A DNA stretch of 63,285 bases, filler included, from Octopus bimaculoides (taxonomy: Eukaryota): assembly GCF_001194135.2 (NCBI RefSeq). It is 6 parts of 6 records of this genome, joined end to end, with 100 filler letters (N's around TTAATTAATTAA, not from the genome) between each part and the next. Parts side by side here need not be neighbours in the genome. Positions count along the whole stretch, not along the records: positions 36,315 to 46,556 come from NC_068987.1; positions 46,657 to 58,821 come from NC_068983.1; 4 more parts are not named here. The stretch is one strand, 5' to 3'. Within the stretch, counting starts at the first letter, position 1; each line of letters opens with the position of its first letter. The translations under genes and the position numbers were made by a program. Shown one piece after another: positions 36,688 to 48,844 of this stretch. The notes beneath the pieces are model-generated. The model did not search any database, was not told where the DNA came from, and worked only from the letters and a program-made list of their open reading frames with translations.

Positions 36688-38388
36688 CCAGGTGCGGTGA
36701 ATAAATTGTCTAAATTATGCAAAAATGAAAATAGAACTTACATCTTTTAAAGATATATTTACCAAAATTACACAAAAATATCTTGAAATACTGAAGAATA
36801 AATTCATTCAATAAAATCGCCATTGGCTTCAACCAAGGATTCCAGGTGACTTCGGAATCTCCTGCAACTATTCTGGATGGTTTCCTTGTTTAAGTTGGTG
36901 AATGCTGCCATAATCCTTGCCTTCAGTTCGTCTTTGGTGTTACAAGGAGTTTTTTTGGTCTTTTGCTCAACTGTGCCCCACACATAATAATCAAGGGGGT
37001 TGCAGTCTGGGGAGTTAGGTGGGCAGATGTTAAGGGTGATGGGTGGCAGAAATTGTCTGACAGCCATGACTGGGTTCCCCTGCTTGTGTGGTATGATGCA
37101 GAGTCCTGTTGCCAGACAGGATCTTCCAGCATCCACCCTCTTGACCTAGGATAGCACTACCTCCTCCAGGCAATTGATGTAGGCCTTCGCGTTGAGTCTG
37201 AGGCCATGTGGTAAGATGAATGGAGGCATAATGTCACCATCACTAGTGATCACTCCAAACACCATGACGTTGACTGGATGGTTGATTTTTGTCACTCTCG
37301 GTACATGTTTTGNNNNNNNNNNGGATGGTTGATTTTTGTCACTCTCGGTACATGTTTTGGGGACACGGCAAGCCAATGGTTGTTCTGTGTGTTCACCATC
37401 TGATCCTGGCAGAAATTTTTCTCATCTGAGAAAAACCAAAAGATGTTCGGTTGGAGGGGATGCTTGAGTTTGTTCAAAAGCTTTGTAGCACAGTCTTTCC
37501 TCTTGTCCTTGATGGCTTGGGATTAAAATTGGCCCTTTCTCATCTTGTATGATTAATACCGAATGTCTTCATGCACTACCTGCCTGATAAGAAACTTGTG
37601 CTGTGCGTGAGAAGACCCGGCAAGCCAAGTAAGATTGTTGCCAGTGCCCCTGGACTGGTTCTTGTGCGGGTGGCACATGAGATGCACCATTTTGAGCGTG
37701 GCCGTTGCCAGTACCGCCTGACTGGCTGCCGTAGGATTTTCGAGCGAGATCGTTGCCAGTGCCCCTGGACTGGCTTGTGCGGATGGCACATAAAAGACAC
37801 CATTTCGAGCGTGGCCGTTTTTGTGCGGGTGACACGTAAAAGCACCCACTACACTCTCTGAGTGGTTGGCGTTAGGAAGGGCATCCAGCTGTAGAAACTC
37901 TGCCAAATTAGACTGGAGCCTGGTGTTGCCATCCGGTTTCACCAGTCCTCAGTCAAATCGTCCAACCCATGCTAGCATGGAAAGCGGACGTTAAACGATG
38001 ATGATGATGATGATGATATCCCAGGCGATGGGCCTGATTGACTTGGAGGGATCATTGTCAATCATGGCCTTGATCTCACCAACAGATTCAGTTGTTCTCT
38101 TCTCATCAGAATGAGTTTTCTGAACAGTCATATCTTCATAATCACCATTAGATTCCTCTAACTCTTTCTGAATCCTCTGCATTGTCCTCAGATTGACACC
38201 CAAACACTCTGAATTCCAAACATTCCAGCACGAATGCCAAGCAGCAGAGCATGTCATCTCTAAATTTCTGGCAGAGTGAATTGCGTCATGGTACTGATTT
38301 TCTCAAAGATGGTGCCCAACTGATCCTACTATACTGAGTAGTCAACAAAATCGAAAACAAACAATGCGCATGCACAAAATTAAAAATT
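36688..38388 (-). mobile_element. DD37D (maT-type) transposon with a broken transposase at about 38289-36804
   Basis: Motifs WFFSDEKNF, VMVFGVITSDG, WQQDSASYHTS, PPNSPDCNPLDY and ...VEANGDFIE*; 37 aa between D2 and D3 after repairing a 1-nt deletion; TA-ccaggtgcggtg end; interrupted by an RTE fragment. Confidence 0.9.
37597..38016 (+). mobile_element. RTE-type LINE 3' fragment nested in the DD37D transposase
   Basis: Near-identical to the reverse complement of the 35013 copy; ends catggaaagcggacgttaaac(gat)n. Confidence 0.85.
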
Positions 38389-38705
38389 GGGCCATGCTGG
38401 GGCTCAGTTGAACAAATCTGGTACTTACTGTATTCTATCAATCTCTTTAGCTGAACCACCAAATTATGGAGGACATAAACAAACCCACACCAGTTGTCAA
38501 GTGGTGCTGGAGAACAAACAAACATGTGCACACACACACACACACATACATGATGGGAGAGTACAAAGTTTCCATGTACCAAATTCACTCACAAAGCACA
38601 GGCTGGCCTGAGGCTACAACGGAAGACTTGCTCAAGCTGCCGTGCGGTGGAACTGAACCTGAAATCACATGGCTGTAAAGCGAGTTGCTTAATCACAGAA
38701 CTATG
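38389..38705 (-). mobile_element. SINE-A, old diverged copy
   Basis: gggccatgctgg...ggtacttactgtattctatc...accaaattcactcacaaagc...ggaactgaacc. Confidence 0.65.
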
Positions 38706-38848
38706 CTTATTCCACAAAACCTGATCTTGAGTTGAAGTAAAGTAGAAAAGGTGTGGAGAAAACGTGTCTTCCATACATTACAAAGGCTCCGTGTAGGTGA
38801 TACCTGACAATGCTGAAATTAACAATAACACCCTTTATATATACACCT

Positions 38849-38887
<39 letters not shown>

Positions 38888-39816
38888 ATACACCTTATAT
38901 ATTACATGTGTGTATATACATGTATATAAACCACATTTCCAACAAAAGCCGTTTTTAAATGATTTTTTTAATGAGTATTTGAGGAGTGGGTTAATACAGA
39001 CACTGCTTCATATTACAGATGGGGCAAGGGGGGGCAGAGGGAGGGACTGACTGTGAATGATCAACCATCATAATCAGGCTCATGCCATAATAACCCCATT
39101 CTCCATTCTTTCACGCCCTTTCTCTCTCTCTCTCTCTCTCTATCTATCTAGCTATCTATCCATCCATCTATCTCTCTATCTATCTTTTTATCTATCTATC
39201 TATCTATCTCTCTGTCTATGTATCTATCTATCCAGCAAGCTATCTACCTACCTATCTGTCTGTGTGTCTCTTGCTCCCTTGACAAAACCACAACAAACTG
39301 GCCTGTTTCATCCTAATTGCTTTATAATGAGAGACTAACAGAGGTGTCTAGATCAAGATAAAGGGTGTTAGGAAAACAAGTCCTTTAGATCCGTATCTGC
39401 CCAACCTAACAGAACTCTTCCATCACAACCCACCCCTGCTAACAAGCCAGATATTGTCTGATCACCAGCAACCCTTCCGTCTATTCTCCACCCTCCCTGT
39501 TAACAATACACAGATGACGATGATGATGATGATGATGATGATGATGATAGTTATGGTTGTATGGTTGGTGGTGTGGATGAGTGACAGAAAGGTGTTGGAA
39601 GAGAGAGAGAGAGAGAGTAAAAAAAAAAATGCATGAGAAATTGACTGTGAGATGTTTGTCATACACATCTCATGTCTGAATCACACTGTTCCATCATTCA
39701 GATCTTTCTTTGGCATCATGTTAGCTCCAAACCACACACACACACACACACACACACGTGCATGCACATACCACCACCACCACCACCACCGTCAACATCA
39801 TCATCATGATATAATA

Positions 39817-40260
39817 TGTACCGGCATGGCTGTGTGGTAAGAAGTTTGTTTCCTAACCTCATGGTTCTAGGTTCAGTCCCATTGTGTGGTACCTTGGGGC
39901 AAGTGTCTTCTACTATAGCCTTGGGTGAACCAAAGCCTTGTGAGTGGATTTGGCAGACGGAAACTGAAAGAAGCCCATCGTATATATGTATATGTGTGTG
40001 TGTGTGTTTGTGTGTATGTGTTTGTCCTCCAACATCGCTTGACATGCGATACTGGTGTGTTTACGTCTCCGTAACATAGCGGTTCGGCAAAAAGAGACTG
40101 ATAGAATAAGTACTAGGCTTATAAAGAACAAGTCCTGGGGTCGATTTGCTCGACTAAAAAAAGGNNNNNNNNNNCCTGGGGTCGATTTGCTCGACTAAAA
40201 AAAGGTGGTGCTCCAGCGTGGCCGCAGTCAAATGACTAAAACAAGTAAAAGAATAAAAGA
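39817..40260 (+). mobile_element. SINE-A, full length (contains a 10-N gap artefact)
   Basis: Head, CORE-like segment, microsatellite, right arm and tail aagtaaaagaataaaaga. Confidence 0.9.
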
Positions 40261-40267
40261 ATACACT

Positions 40268-40567
40268 TATAGAAGTAACGTGTGTTGGTGCTTACACACG
40301 CATACAGAGTCAACAGACAACCAGAGACACATAGACGGACAATACGTGGAAATACAAACACACACACAGGTAGATAGCATCACATGAACATCACAGATCA
40401 AATGCACACACACACACACATGTATATCCACTATTGCAAAGGGCACAGCCATTGAAGTATTAGTATAGAAGCATAGAAGTAACGTGTTGGCTCTTACATA
40501 CACATACAGAATCATCAAACAGCCAGAGACACACAGATGGATAAATACATGGAAATACATACATACA
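40268..40567. repeat. Diverged ~100-bp direct repeat, period about 204 bp
   Basis: atagaagtaacgtg...ccagagacaca...tggaaatac at about 40268-40365 and 40472-40567. Confidence 0.75.
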
Positions 40568-41087
40568 CAAGTAAATATACATATACAAACGCATGTATAC
40601 ATCAATGCAACATACATGCACACGTCTGACCAACTTTTCTCCAGCCTTCCAAGAGAACCAATACTTTTGCCACACTAAAAACGAGACATCATAAATAACT
40701 CTTTTTAAGATTACACATTGTATAACCCTTTGCGTCAAGGCTAGCTGGATACACTAATAACAATGTATAGCTGTTAAACAAAATGTATTCTGGCCTGGCT
40801 TGCATGTAAGAATAATCATGGACAATCCAACCAGGTAATCAATCTTTAATGTTAATCTGGAAATGTGTAAAACCAGAGATAAAATATTCTGGCCTCAGAC
40901 AGATTTTCCAATACACCTATATAATTCTGAAACACACCTGTATAATTCTGCAATACACCTGTATAGTTTAGCAACAACCTAAAGTGGTGTGACATACAAG
41001 TTGTAAAACTACTGATCTATCTAACTAGACTTGGCCATAAAAATACTAAATGAACCGGCAAATGAGTTTTGTCAGGTAGATATAACT

Positions 41088-41470
41088 TTGATCTTTTTTT
41101 CATTTCAGTCATTGCATTGTGGCCATACTGGGGCACTGCCTTGAAGATTTACTCCAACAAATTGCTCCAAGTACTTATTTTTGAAAGTGAAGTACTTATT
41201 CTATTAGTCTCTTTTGCTGAACTGCTAAGTTACAGAGGATGTAAACAGACCGATACCACTTGTCAAGCAATAGCGGGGGACAAACGCAAATACCCAATGA
41301 GCTTCCTCACAGTTTCCGTCTATCAAATTCACTCACAAAGCATTGGTTGGCTCAGGGTTAGAGTAGAAGAAATTGCCTAAGGGTTAGGGTTAGGGTTAGG
41401 GTTAGAGTAGAAGAAATTGCCTAAGGGCCCATACAGTATTACTGTGGGCAAGTGTCTTCTACTTCTGCTA
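41088..41470 (-). mobile_element. SINE-A, old diverged copy containing an interstitial telomeric repeat
   Basis: cagtcattgcattgtggccatactggg...cagtttccgtctatcaaattcactcacaaagc. Confidence 0.65.
41384..41405 (+). repeat. Interstitial (TTAGGG)3TTAG
   Basis: Perfect telomeric hexamers between two copies of a 30-bp sequence. Confidence 0.9.
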
Positions 41471-42018
41471 ACTACATCACCTTTATGTCACAGGTTCAAA
41501 CCCTATTATCTCAGAATGACCATCTCCCTCTCCAACTACCATGCCTACTACTACTACTACTACTATCATCACCAAATGAATAAATTAATAAATAACAGCA
41601 AGCACAAAACTAGCTCCCAGAAGAATGTGATGATGATGATGATGATGATGATGATGACTACATACCATAGATGGCAAATACACTCCCCTCCCAACCAATG
41701 CCACCCTGTACCCCACCCTTCTGCTGTTACTACGCTGTCATGTGTCACAAAGTTTAAGGAAAACCTCAAACCAAGACAATCAGAACTGACAAAAAGACTG
41801 TGTGACATGACTGAAATTGCTGCAAGATAACTGCCTCCTCAGAATTTCTAATTAAAGCGGACACATTTTCCTTTTTCTTTTTTGGACTTTATTCTCTATA
41901 TAGGGGGGGAAAAAATTAAAACTATGAAAATAAATGTAAGTAAGAACACAAAACAAAACAAACTCCAAAGCAAAAACCCAAAAACCAAAGTAAAAAGAAA
42001 AATAATAATAAATGAATA

Positions 42019-42150
42019 GGTGCAGGAGTGGCTGTGTGGTAAGTAGCTCGCTTACCAACCACATGGTTCCGGGTTCAGTCCCACTGCGTGGCACCTTAGG
42101 CCAACCAAAGCCTTGTGAGTAGATTTGGGAGATGGAAACTGAAAAGAAGC
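42019..42150 (+). mobile_element. SINE-A left arm (internal deletion)
   Basis: ggtgcaggagtggctgtgtgg...gcaccttaggccaaccaaagcc..., then (TA)n. Confidence 0.85.
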
Positions 42151-42178
42151 TTGTTGTGTATATATATATATATATATA

Positions 42179-42384
42179 TCATCATCATCATCATCATCGT
42201 TTAACGTCCGCTTTCCATGCTAGCATGGGTTGGACGATTTGACTGAGGACTGGTGAAACCGGATGGCAACACCAGGCTCCAATCTAATTTGGCAGAGTTT
42301 CTACAGCTGGATGCCCTTCCTAACGCCAACCACTCAGAGAGTGTAGTGGGTGCTTTTATGTGTCACCCGCACGAAAACGGCCAC
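42179..42384 (-). mobile_element. RTE-type LINE 3' end running into a gap
   Basis: (cat)n cgtttaacgtccgctttccatgctagc..., same family as the 35013 copy. Confidence 0.85.
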
Positions 42385-43098
42385 NNNNNNNNNNNNNNNN
42401 NNNNNNNNNNNNNNNNNNNNNNNNNNNNNNNNNNNNNNNNNNNNNNNNNNNNNNNNNNNNNNNNNNNNNNNNNNNNNNNNNNNNNNNNNNNNNNNNNNNN
42501 NNNNNNNNNNNNNNNNNNNNNNNNNNNNNNNNNNNNNNNNNNNNNNNNNNNNNNNNNNNNNNNNNNNNNNNNNNNNNNNNNNNNNNNNNNNNNNNNNNNN
42601 NNNNNNNNNNNNNNNNNNNNNNNNNNNNNNNNNNNNNNNNNNNNNNNNNNNNNNNNNNNNNNNNNNNNNNNNNNNNNNNNNNNNNNNNNNNNNNNNNNNN
42701 NNNNNNNNNNNNNNNNNNNNNNNNNNNNNNNNNNNNNNNNNNNNNNNNNNNNNNNNNNNNNNNNNNNNNNNNNNNNNNNNNNNNNNNNNNNNNNNNNNNN
42801 NNNNNNNNNNNNNNNNNNNNNNNNNNNNNNNNNNNNNNNNNNNNNNNNNNNNNNNNNNNNNNNNNNNNNNNNNNNNNNNNNNNNNNNNNNNNNNNNNNNN
42901 NNNNNNNNNNNNNNNNNNNNNNNNNNNNNNNNNNNNNNNNNGTCCCTTTGTCGCCAGCAGGGGTAAGAGCTCTCTAAACTTTGCCCAGGCTATTCTTATT
43001 CTAGCAGCTACACTTTCAGCGCACCCACCCCCACTACTAACTTGGTCGCCCAGATAGCGGAAGCTATCGACTACCTCTAGTTTTTCACCCTATATATA

Positions 43099-43194
43099 TG
43101 GAGCCTGGTGCAGCCATCTGGTTCACCAGTACTGCCAAATCATCCAACCCATGCTAGCATGGAAAGCAGACGTTAAGTGATGATGATGATGATG
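43099..43194 (+). mobile_element. RTE-type LINE short 3' fragment
   Basis: ggagcctggtgcagccatc...catggaaagcagacgttaagt(gat)n. Confidence 0.75.
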
Positions 43195-43402
43195 TGTGTG
43201 TGTGTGTGTGTGTGTGCTTGTCCCCCACCCCACCCATCGCTTGACAACCAATCTTGGTGTGTTTACGTCCCCTTAACTTAGTGTTTCGGCAAAAGAGACT
43301 GCTACAATAAGTAATAGGCTTACAAAGAATAAGTCCTGGGGTCGATTTATTCGACTAAAGGCAGTGCTCCAGCATGGCCGCAGTCAAAGGACTGAAACAA
43401 AT
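43195..43402 (+). mobile_element. SINE-A right arm
   Basis: (TG)n, then ttgtccccc...atcgcttgacaacc...ggtgtgtttacgtcccc...catggccgcagtcaa. Confidence 0.85.
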
Positions 43403-43710
43403 GAATCTGCCATACAAAGGCACTTTCACAGACGACCAAAGTCTTTTTTCTTATTTAAAAAAATAACAAATTTAATTCATATTCTTCTGGTTTTAATGGC
43501 GAGAAATGGACTCCCTCCCTTCATGACCTTCCCAAACGATCACTGAGGCAAGAGGAAATAGATGTAGCTACTGACCAGCTGGAGTGTTGCCTCTCTTAGT
43601 TCAGATCAGGGGTTCTCAACCACTTTTTTACCTATGGACCACTCTGATTGTTATTTTACTTGGGCCGCCCCTCATGACCCTTCCATGTTTTAAAAAATCC
43701 TATTTGTACT

Positions 43711-43813
43711 TCATCATCATGGTTTAATGTCCACTTTCCATGCTAGCATGGGTTGGACGATTTGACTGAGGACTGGCGGACCAGATGGCCGCACCAGGCT
43801 CCAATCTGATCTG
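43711..43813 (-). mobile_element. RTE-type LINE short 3' fragment (fused to a SINE-A head scrap at 43814-43868)
   Basis: catcatcatggtttaatgtccactttccatgctagcatgggttggacg. Confidence 0.75.
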
Positions 43814-43894
43814 AAGGTGCCATGCAGTGGGACTGAACTGAGAAGGAAAATTCTTACCACACAACCTCACCTATATTTATACATGTGTAAATGT

Positions 43895-44080
43895 ACCCAT
43901 GTGGTACCATGTAAAAGTGCCTGTGTGGTGCCACTTAACACCCTGGACACTCTGTAAAGTGGTTGGCATCAGGAAGGACATCCAGCTGTAGAAACCATGC
44001 CAGATCAGACTGGAGTCTGGTCAAGCAGTCCAACCCAGGCCAGCATGGACAATGGATGCTAAATTATGATGATGATGATG
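43895..44080 (+). mobile_element. RTE-type LINE 3'UTR, older variant
   Basis: gtggttggcatcaggaaggacatccagctgtagaaacc...cagcatggacaatggatgctaaatt(atg)n. Confidence 0.7.
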
Positions 44081-44107
44081 TGTGTGTGAGAGAGAGAGCA
44101 TATATAT

Positions 44108-44500
44108 ACTCTTAACTCTTTTACTTGTTTCAGTCATTTGACTGCGGCCATGCTGGAGCACTACTTTTAGTCAAGCAAATCAACACCAGAACTTATTCTT
44201 TGTAAGCCTAGTACTTATTCAATCAGTCTCTTTTGCCGAACCACTAAGCTATGGGGACATAAACACACCAGCATCGGTTGTCAAGTGATGTTGGTGGGGG
44301 ACAAACACAGACACACATATATATACATATACATATATACTTGGGCTTCTTTCAGTTTCCGTCTACCAAATCCACTCGCAAGGCTTTGGTCGGCCCAAGC
44401 TATAGTAGAAGACATCTGCCCAAGATGCCACACAGTGGGACTGAACCCAGAACCATGTGGTTGGCAAGCAAGCTACTTACCACACAGCCACTTCTGCGCC
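44108..44500 (-). mobile_element. SINE-A, full length
   Basis: Complete antisense copy from tail ctcttaactcttttacttg to head cacacagccacttctgcgcc. Confidence 0.9.
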
Positions 44501-44996
44501 TATGTATGTACTTATTTATGTGTGTATTTACAAGGTTTAGTTAAAAAATGGAAGAGCAGTGCCTATGTTGCTAACAAGTTCTCCAAGATTGGTATGTGTG
44601 AAGAGAAGGGAAAGGAAGTATGGTGTTTAGGAAAAAGGGGGGGAAAAGAAAAAAAAAACGATGGAAAAACGTACACATGTGCGTTATAAATGGCCACCAT
44701 GCATGACTTTATCATGGTGTAATTGTTTATATGAAAGCATTCTCCTAAATCTTTGTTACTTTTACGTTTTGCTTCCTATCGAGATATTGGTGGCTTGCTT
44801 AAACAGGCAAAACAATTTATGCATTGAAGTGTTGTGCGAAACAAATGAGTAGATTCTGCAAATGAAGAATATTTTCATGCAAATTCGATAAATAGTTATT
44901 TGCATAACTGTCTAAATAATTCATTATTGTTTAATTAAGTTGGAATAAATGAAATTTAAATATGTGTATACATAATACATACATACATATATATAT

Positions 44997-45039
<43 letters not shown>

Positions 45040-46556
45040 CACACACATACACAGACACACATATATTTTGTAGAACAAAATGTAAAATTTTGAAATATAG
45101 TGCGGTTGTTGTTGTGTATTGGTGTTTGTGCTGTTGTTGTTGTTGATGTTGTTGTTGTGGTTGGTCTAATATCTGTTGGAGTTTTCTTAGAGATTGGTTA
45201 GATGGAAGACGAAGATAAGAAGATTGCAGAAAGAGCAAGAAAGAGAGGAAGGAAGGAAGGCTGGAAAGAAGGATGAAGTGGAGGTGGCGGCGTTGTTGTT
45301 GTTGTTGTTGGTGGTGGTGGGGGGGAAGATGAAAAATAAAAAAGAATGGAAAAAAAAAAACCAAACTAATGATGAACGTGGAAAAGATGAAGATGATGAA
45401 AGAAGCAAAGACAGAAAGAAAACCAAACAACAACAATAAAAATAATGAGGATGATTATGATGATGATGATGGTTTCTTTCAGTAATAATAATAATAATAA
45501 TAATAATTATGAAGAATATTAGGAGAAAGGAGATAGAATATATGAATGTAGATCAGTGGTGGGAGTCGTGGGTGGCTTGTAGGGAAAAAAGAGGAGAGAG
45601 TGTGTGTGTGGAAATCAACGATTATTTCAAGTGTGAATCAGAGCTATAGTTTTATTGTGAGGGGGTGGGGCAGTTGCGCAAGGGGTGGGGGTAGGGTGAG
45701 ACGGATGGTTGAACGAGGGAGAATGCTAACGATGGAGATGACGACAACGACGATGGAGATGACGACAACGACGACGACGACAACAACAACAAAAACGACA
45801 CACAACTATTAATTCCAACTGTTGTCTTTATTTCTTTTATGTTTTTTTTTAAATTTTAATTTAAAAAAATTTTTTATATTTAATTTATTTTGACTTATTT
45901 TACTAAATAACTGTTCGCTACTACCACAACCACCACAACCATAATCATCACCATCAGCTTAAACCATGCAATAAGCAACAACAGAAATTACCAACCCACC
46001 TCCGCACCAGATTTGCCATTTATCACTTATTGTTCTACCGTTTATTACCAATCACCAACATCATTTCAGTCATCACCATCACCATTGCATTTAATAATAC
46101 ATGTGCAGCACCGTGATACCACCATAACCAGCAACATTATAATATTATTATCATTATTATTATTGCATCAATGTTGCCTTGGCTGCTGTTCTTGTTAGTG
46201 TGTATATTATTATTATTATCATTATTATTATTGTTATTAGTATAACTTATTATCATTACTACTACTACTACTACTACTACTTCTACTACAACCCTTACTG
46301 GTTAATAAAGAAACCATCATTAACACCACCATTATTGTTGTTATTATTATTATTACTATTATTTTTATTATTATTACTATTATTTTTATTATTATTAGTA
46401 GTAGTAGCGGTAGTATTGTACTAATGTGGTTATCCTTCATATTGTTATTGGACTACTGCTGCTGCTGCTGCTGCTGTTGTAGTTGTTGTTGTTTTAATTG
46501 ACTATACTATTATCAAAAATATAAACAACACACACACACACACACACACACACACA

Positions 46557-46656
46557 NNNNNNNNNNNNNNNNNNNNNNNNNNNNNNNNNNNNNNNNNNNN
46601 TTAATTAATTAANNNNNNNNNNNNNNNNNNNNNNNNNNNNNNNNNNNNNNNNNNNN
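46557..46656. other. 100-bp scaffold gap with TTAATTAATTAA linker
   Basis: 44 N + 12 nt (46601-46612) + 44 N. Confidence 0.95.
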
Positions 46657-46779
46657 ATATATATATATATATATATATACTAGTGCGAACACGCTATCTT
46701 TAAGATAGTGTATTTTACATTGTATCATATAGTTGTGTAATATATATACATAAGTATACATATAGAATACAGTAATTGA

Positions 46780-47070
46780 GAACAGAGCAGAAAAGCCTTC
46801 GCATCTGATATGGAGTAGTAATCTTGGGGTTAGTAGCCCGTGCTCTTAACCACTACGCCATATACACGTGGGCAATTATGGAGTGAATTTTAGAGCTTCT
46901 AAATCTAATATTTTCCTATCCTTCCTTAATACCGGTTCCCATATGCTATTCATATCTGCACTCGGTCTGTTTAGGAGGATGTTTTGTCCTAGCATATGTG
47001 CTGCTTCTTGTTTGTTAACAACAAACAAGATGAGGACAAATATCCGTCAAATGTAAATAATGTAAATAAG
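46780..47070 (-). mobile_element. Probable Penelope-like ORF C-terminus followed by a tRNA-like half
   Basis: Minus strand KQEAAHMLGQNILLNRPSADMNSIWEPVLRK...* resembles the K-EA-x-I...LNR...W-x-P-x-L tail of GIY-YIG PLEs; downstream tggcgtagtggttaagagcacgggctactaacccc is tRNA 5'-half-like. Confidence 0.4.
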
Positions 47071-48403
47071 TGGAGAATTTGTTCCAGGATATTTTGCTGC
47101 GACATTAAGTTGGGTGATTACAGAAAAATTCCTTTATCTGTCCAAAATGCTTGATACTAGCTGTGAACTCTAAAAAGGAGGACATCTCTACGATTACGAC
47201 TACTATCCATCCATCTTCTTCCCCCACCATTCCTGGGAGGATCGAGGGAGTAGGGCTCTCAGGCATTGGGTTAAGTCAGAAGCAACCGTGATTAGACTTT
47301 TTGACTGGGTTCCCAAACGTGTTCAACTGAAATTATGGATCTTATCCAACCACTTTGCTCTTGTTCTGCTTCTTAGGTCTCCTGCCAGTTAGATCGGCTT
47401 GAAGAATAGCTCTTGTGGTTCTTTCTTGTTAATATGTGTGTAGTGCCGGAGCTGTGACCCCTCAGAGTGGAGAAGTAGCGACTTGACCTGGAGAGACTCC
47501 ATGATCTACAAGTTATCCTGTCGAGTTACTCCAGATACTTTTCAATCGCTTGTATTTGCAATCATACTCTTTACTCAACACTCATGACCATACGTGAAGG
47601 TTCCAACTATTTATGGAATTAATTCCCGTTGAAATTATTCTCTGATCTTGATAATTTATAATTACTAAAGAATTAATAGATTGGATAATTTACCCTCTTA
47701 AAAATTAAGTTTCTCAGCAGACATGTGTCCACTCAAAAAAACAATTAGAATTGTTTAACGTAAGATGAAATTTGTTGAATATGGTAAATTGTTGACTATA
47801 AACCGATTGAGGCATTAGCACGCGCGTGTCTATGAGTATTGTGAATCTAATGAGGAAATGGAAGAAGTTATAATCTTAATATCAACAATTCATAATAGAC
47901 TTGTCGATATGTAGCATTCAGTAAGCATTCAGTATAAATTGAGAAAAAAATATTTCCAATATAGTTTGTATATTTTGGGTGAAAACGATAAAACAATTTT
48001 TGCAGAATGTAAATTTAGCCAGAAGCCGAAATGTCTAGATTACATTGAATATTTACAAGCAAGTTAATTCGGAGGAACTTATTGCATCAGCGTGTAAAAT
48101 AAAAATAATGTTATGTAATACGTTTGCTGCTGGATATGTTTTTTTTTTAATAACACATCGTCGAGACATATCTGAAGAAAAGGTGAGTCGGTTCCCAAAG
48201 CAATGGGTTCTTAATAAAAATCTACAAAACAACAGAGACACATTGAGCGATAAAAACAGGTATTATGAGTTATATACATATGTATGTATATATACACATA
48301 TATTTGTGCATGTACATGTGTATATGTACACACGTACATAATACCTACATAAATATACACGGACACTCGTACACACACATACCTACACACATACATATAT
48401 ATA

Positions 48404-48456
<53 letters not shown>

Positions 48457-48844
48457 ATTATTATTCCCAAGCAGAAATATACACAAGGAAAAAAAAAACC
48501 TAAAGAGGAAATCCGTTTATTTCCATGTTTTATTAAATGAAGACTTCATTTTTACTCAAATTTAAGTAAGCTAAATGATTCAACCACAGAATATATTTCG
48601 GCGTCAGTCGTTCTGTGAAGTACAGTACTTCAGTACTTCAAATAGTACTACGTAGTTAGTTATTACTGTCAGGTCATCGTGCAACCATCATTCATACGTT
48701 TGTCTCTGATGTCCTCTGTTTTCATCGAGGGTCTCTTCTCAACAGGCAGTTAATGAGTCTGCAAGCTGCTAGTTCGTCTTAACTTTAAATGTCATTATTC
48801 TGAAAATAGTCAAAACCGTGTTGAAAATATATTTTGTCAAGTTG

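Noticed and set aside
37276-37359. 37-bp duplication across a 10-N gap (and 31 bp at 40134-40205)
   Set aside because: Unmerged contig overlaps; assembly artefact, not a TSD.
45060-45436. Poly-Q-containing 170-aa minus-strand ORF
   Set aside because: Low-complexity composition; no donor site or recognisable domain.
48040-48190. Strong donor AAG|GTGAGT near 48182 with an open upstream frame
   Set aside because: No convincing acceptor and an unrecognised peptide; such donors occur by chance in 63 kb.
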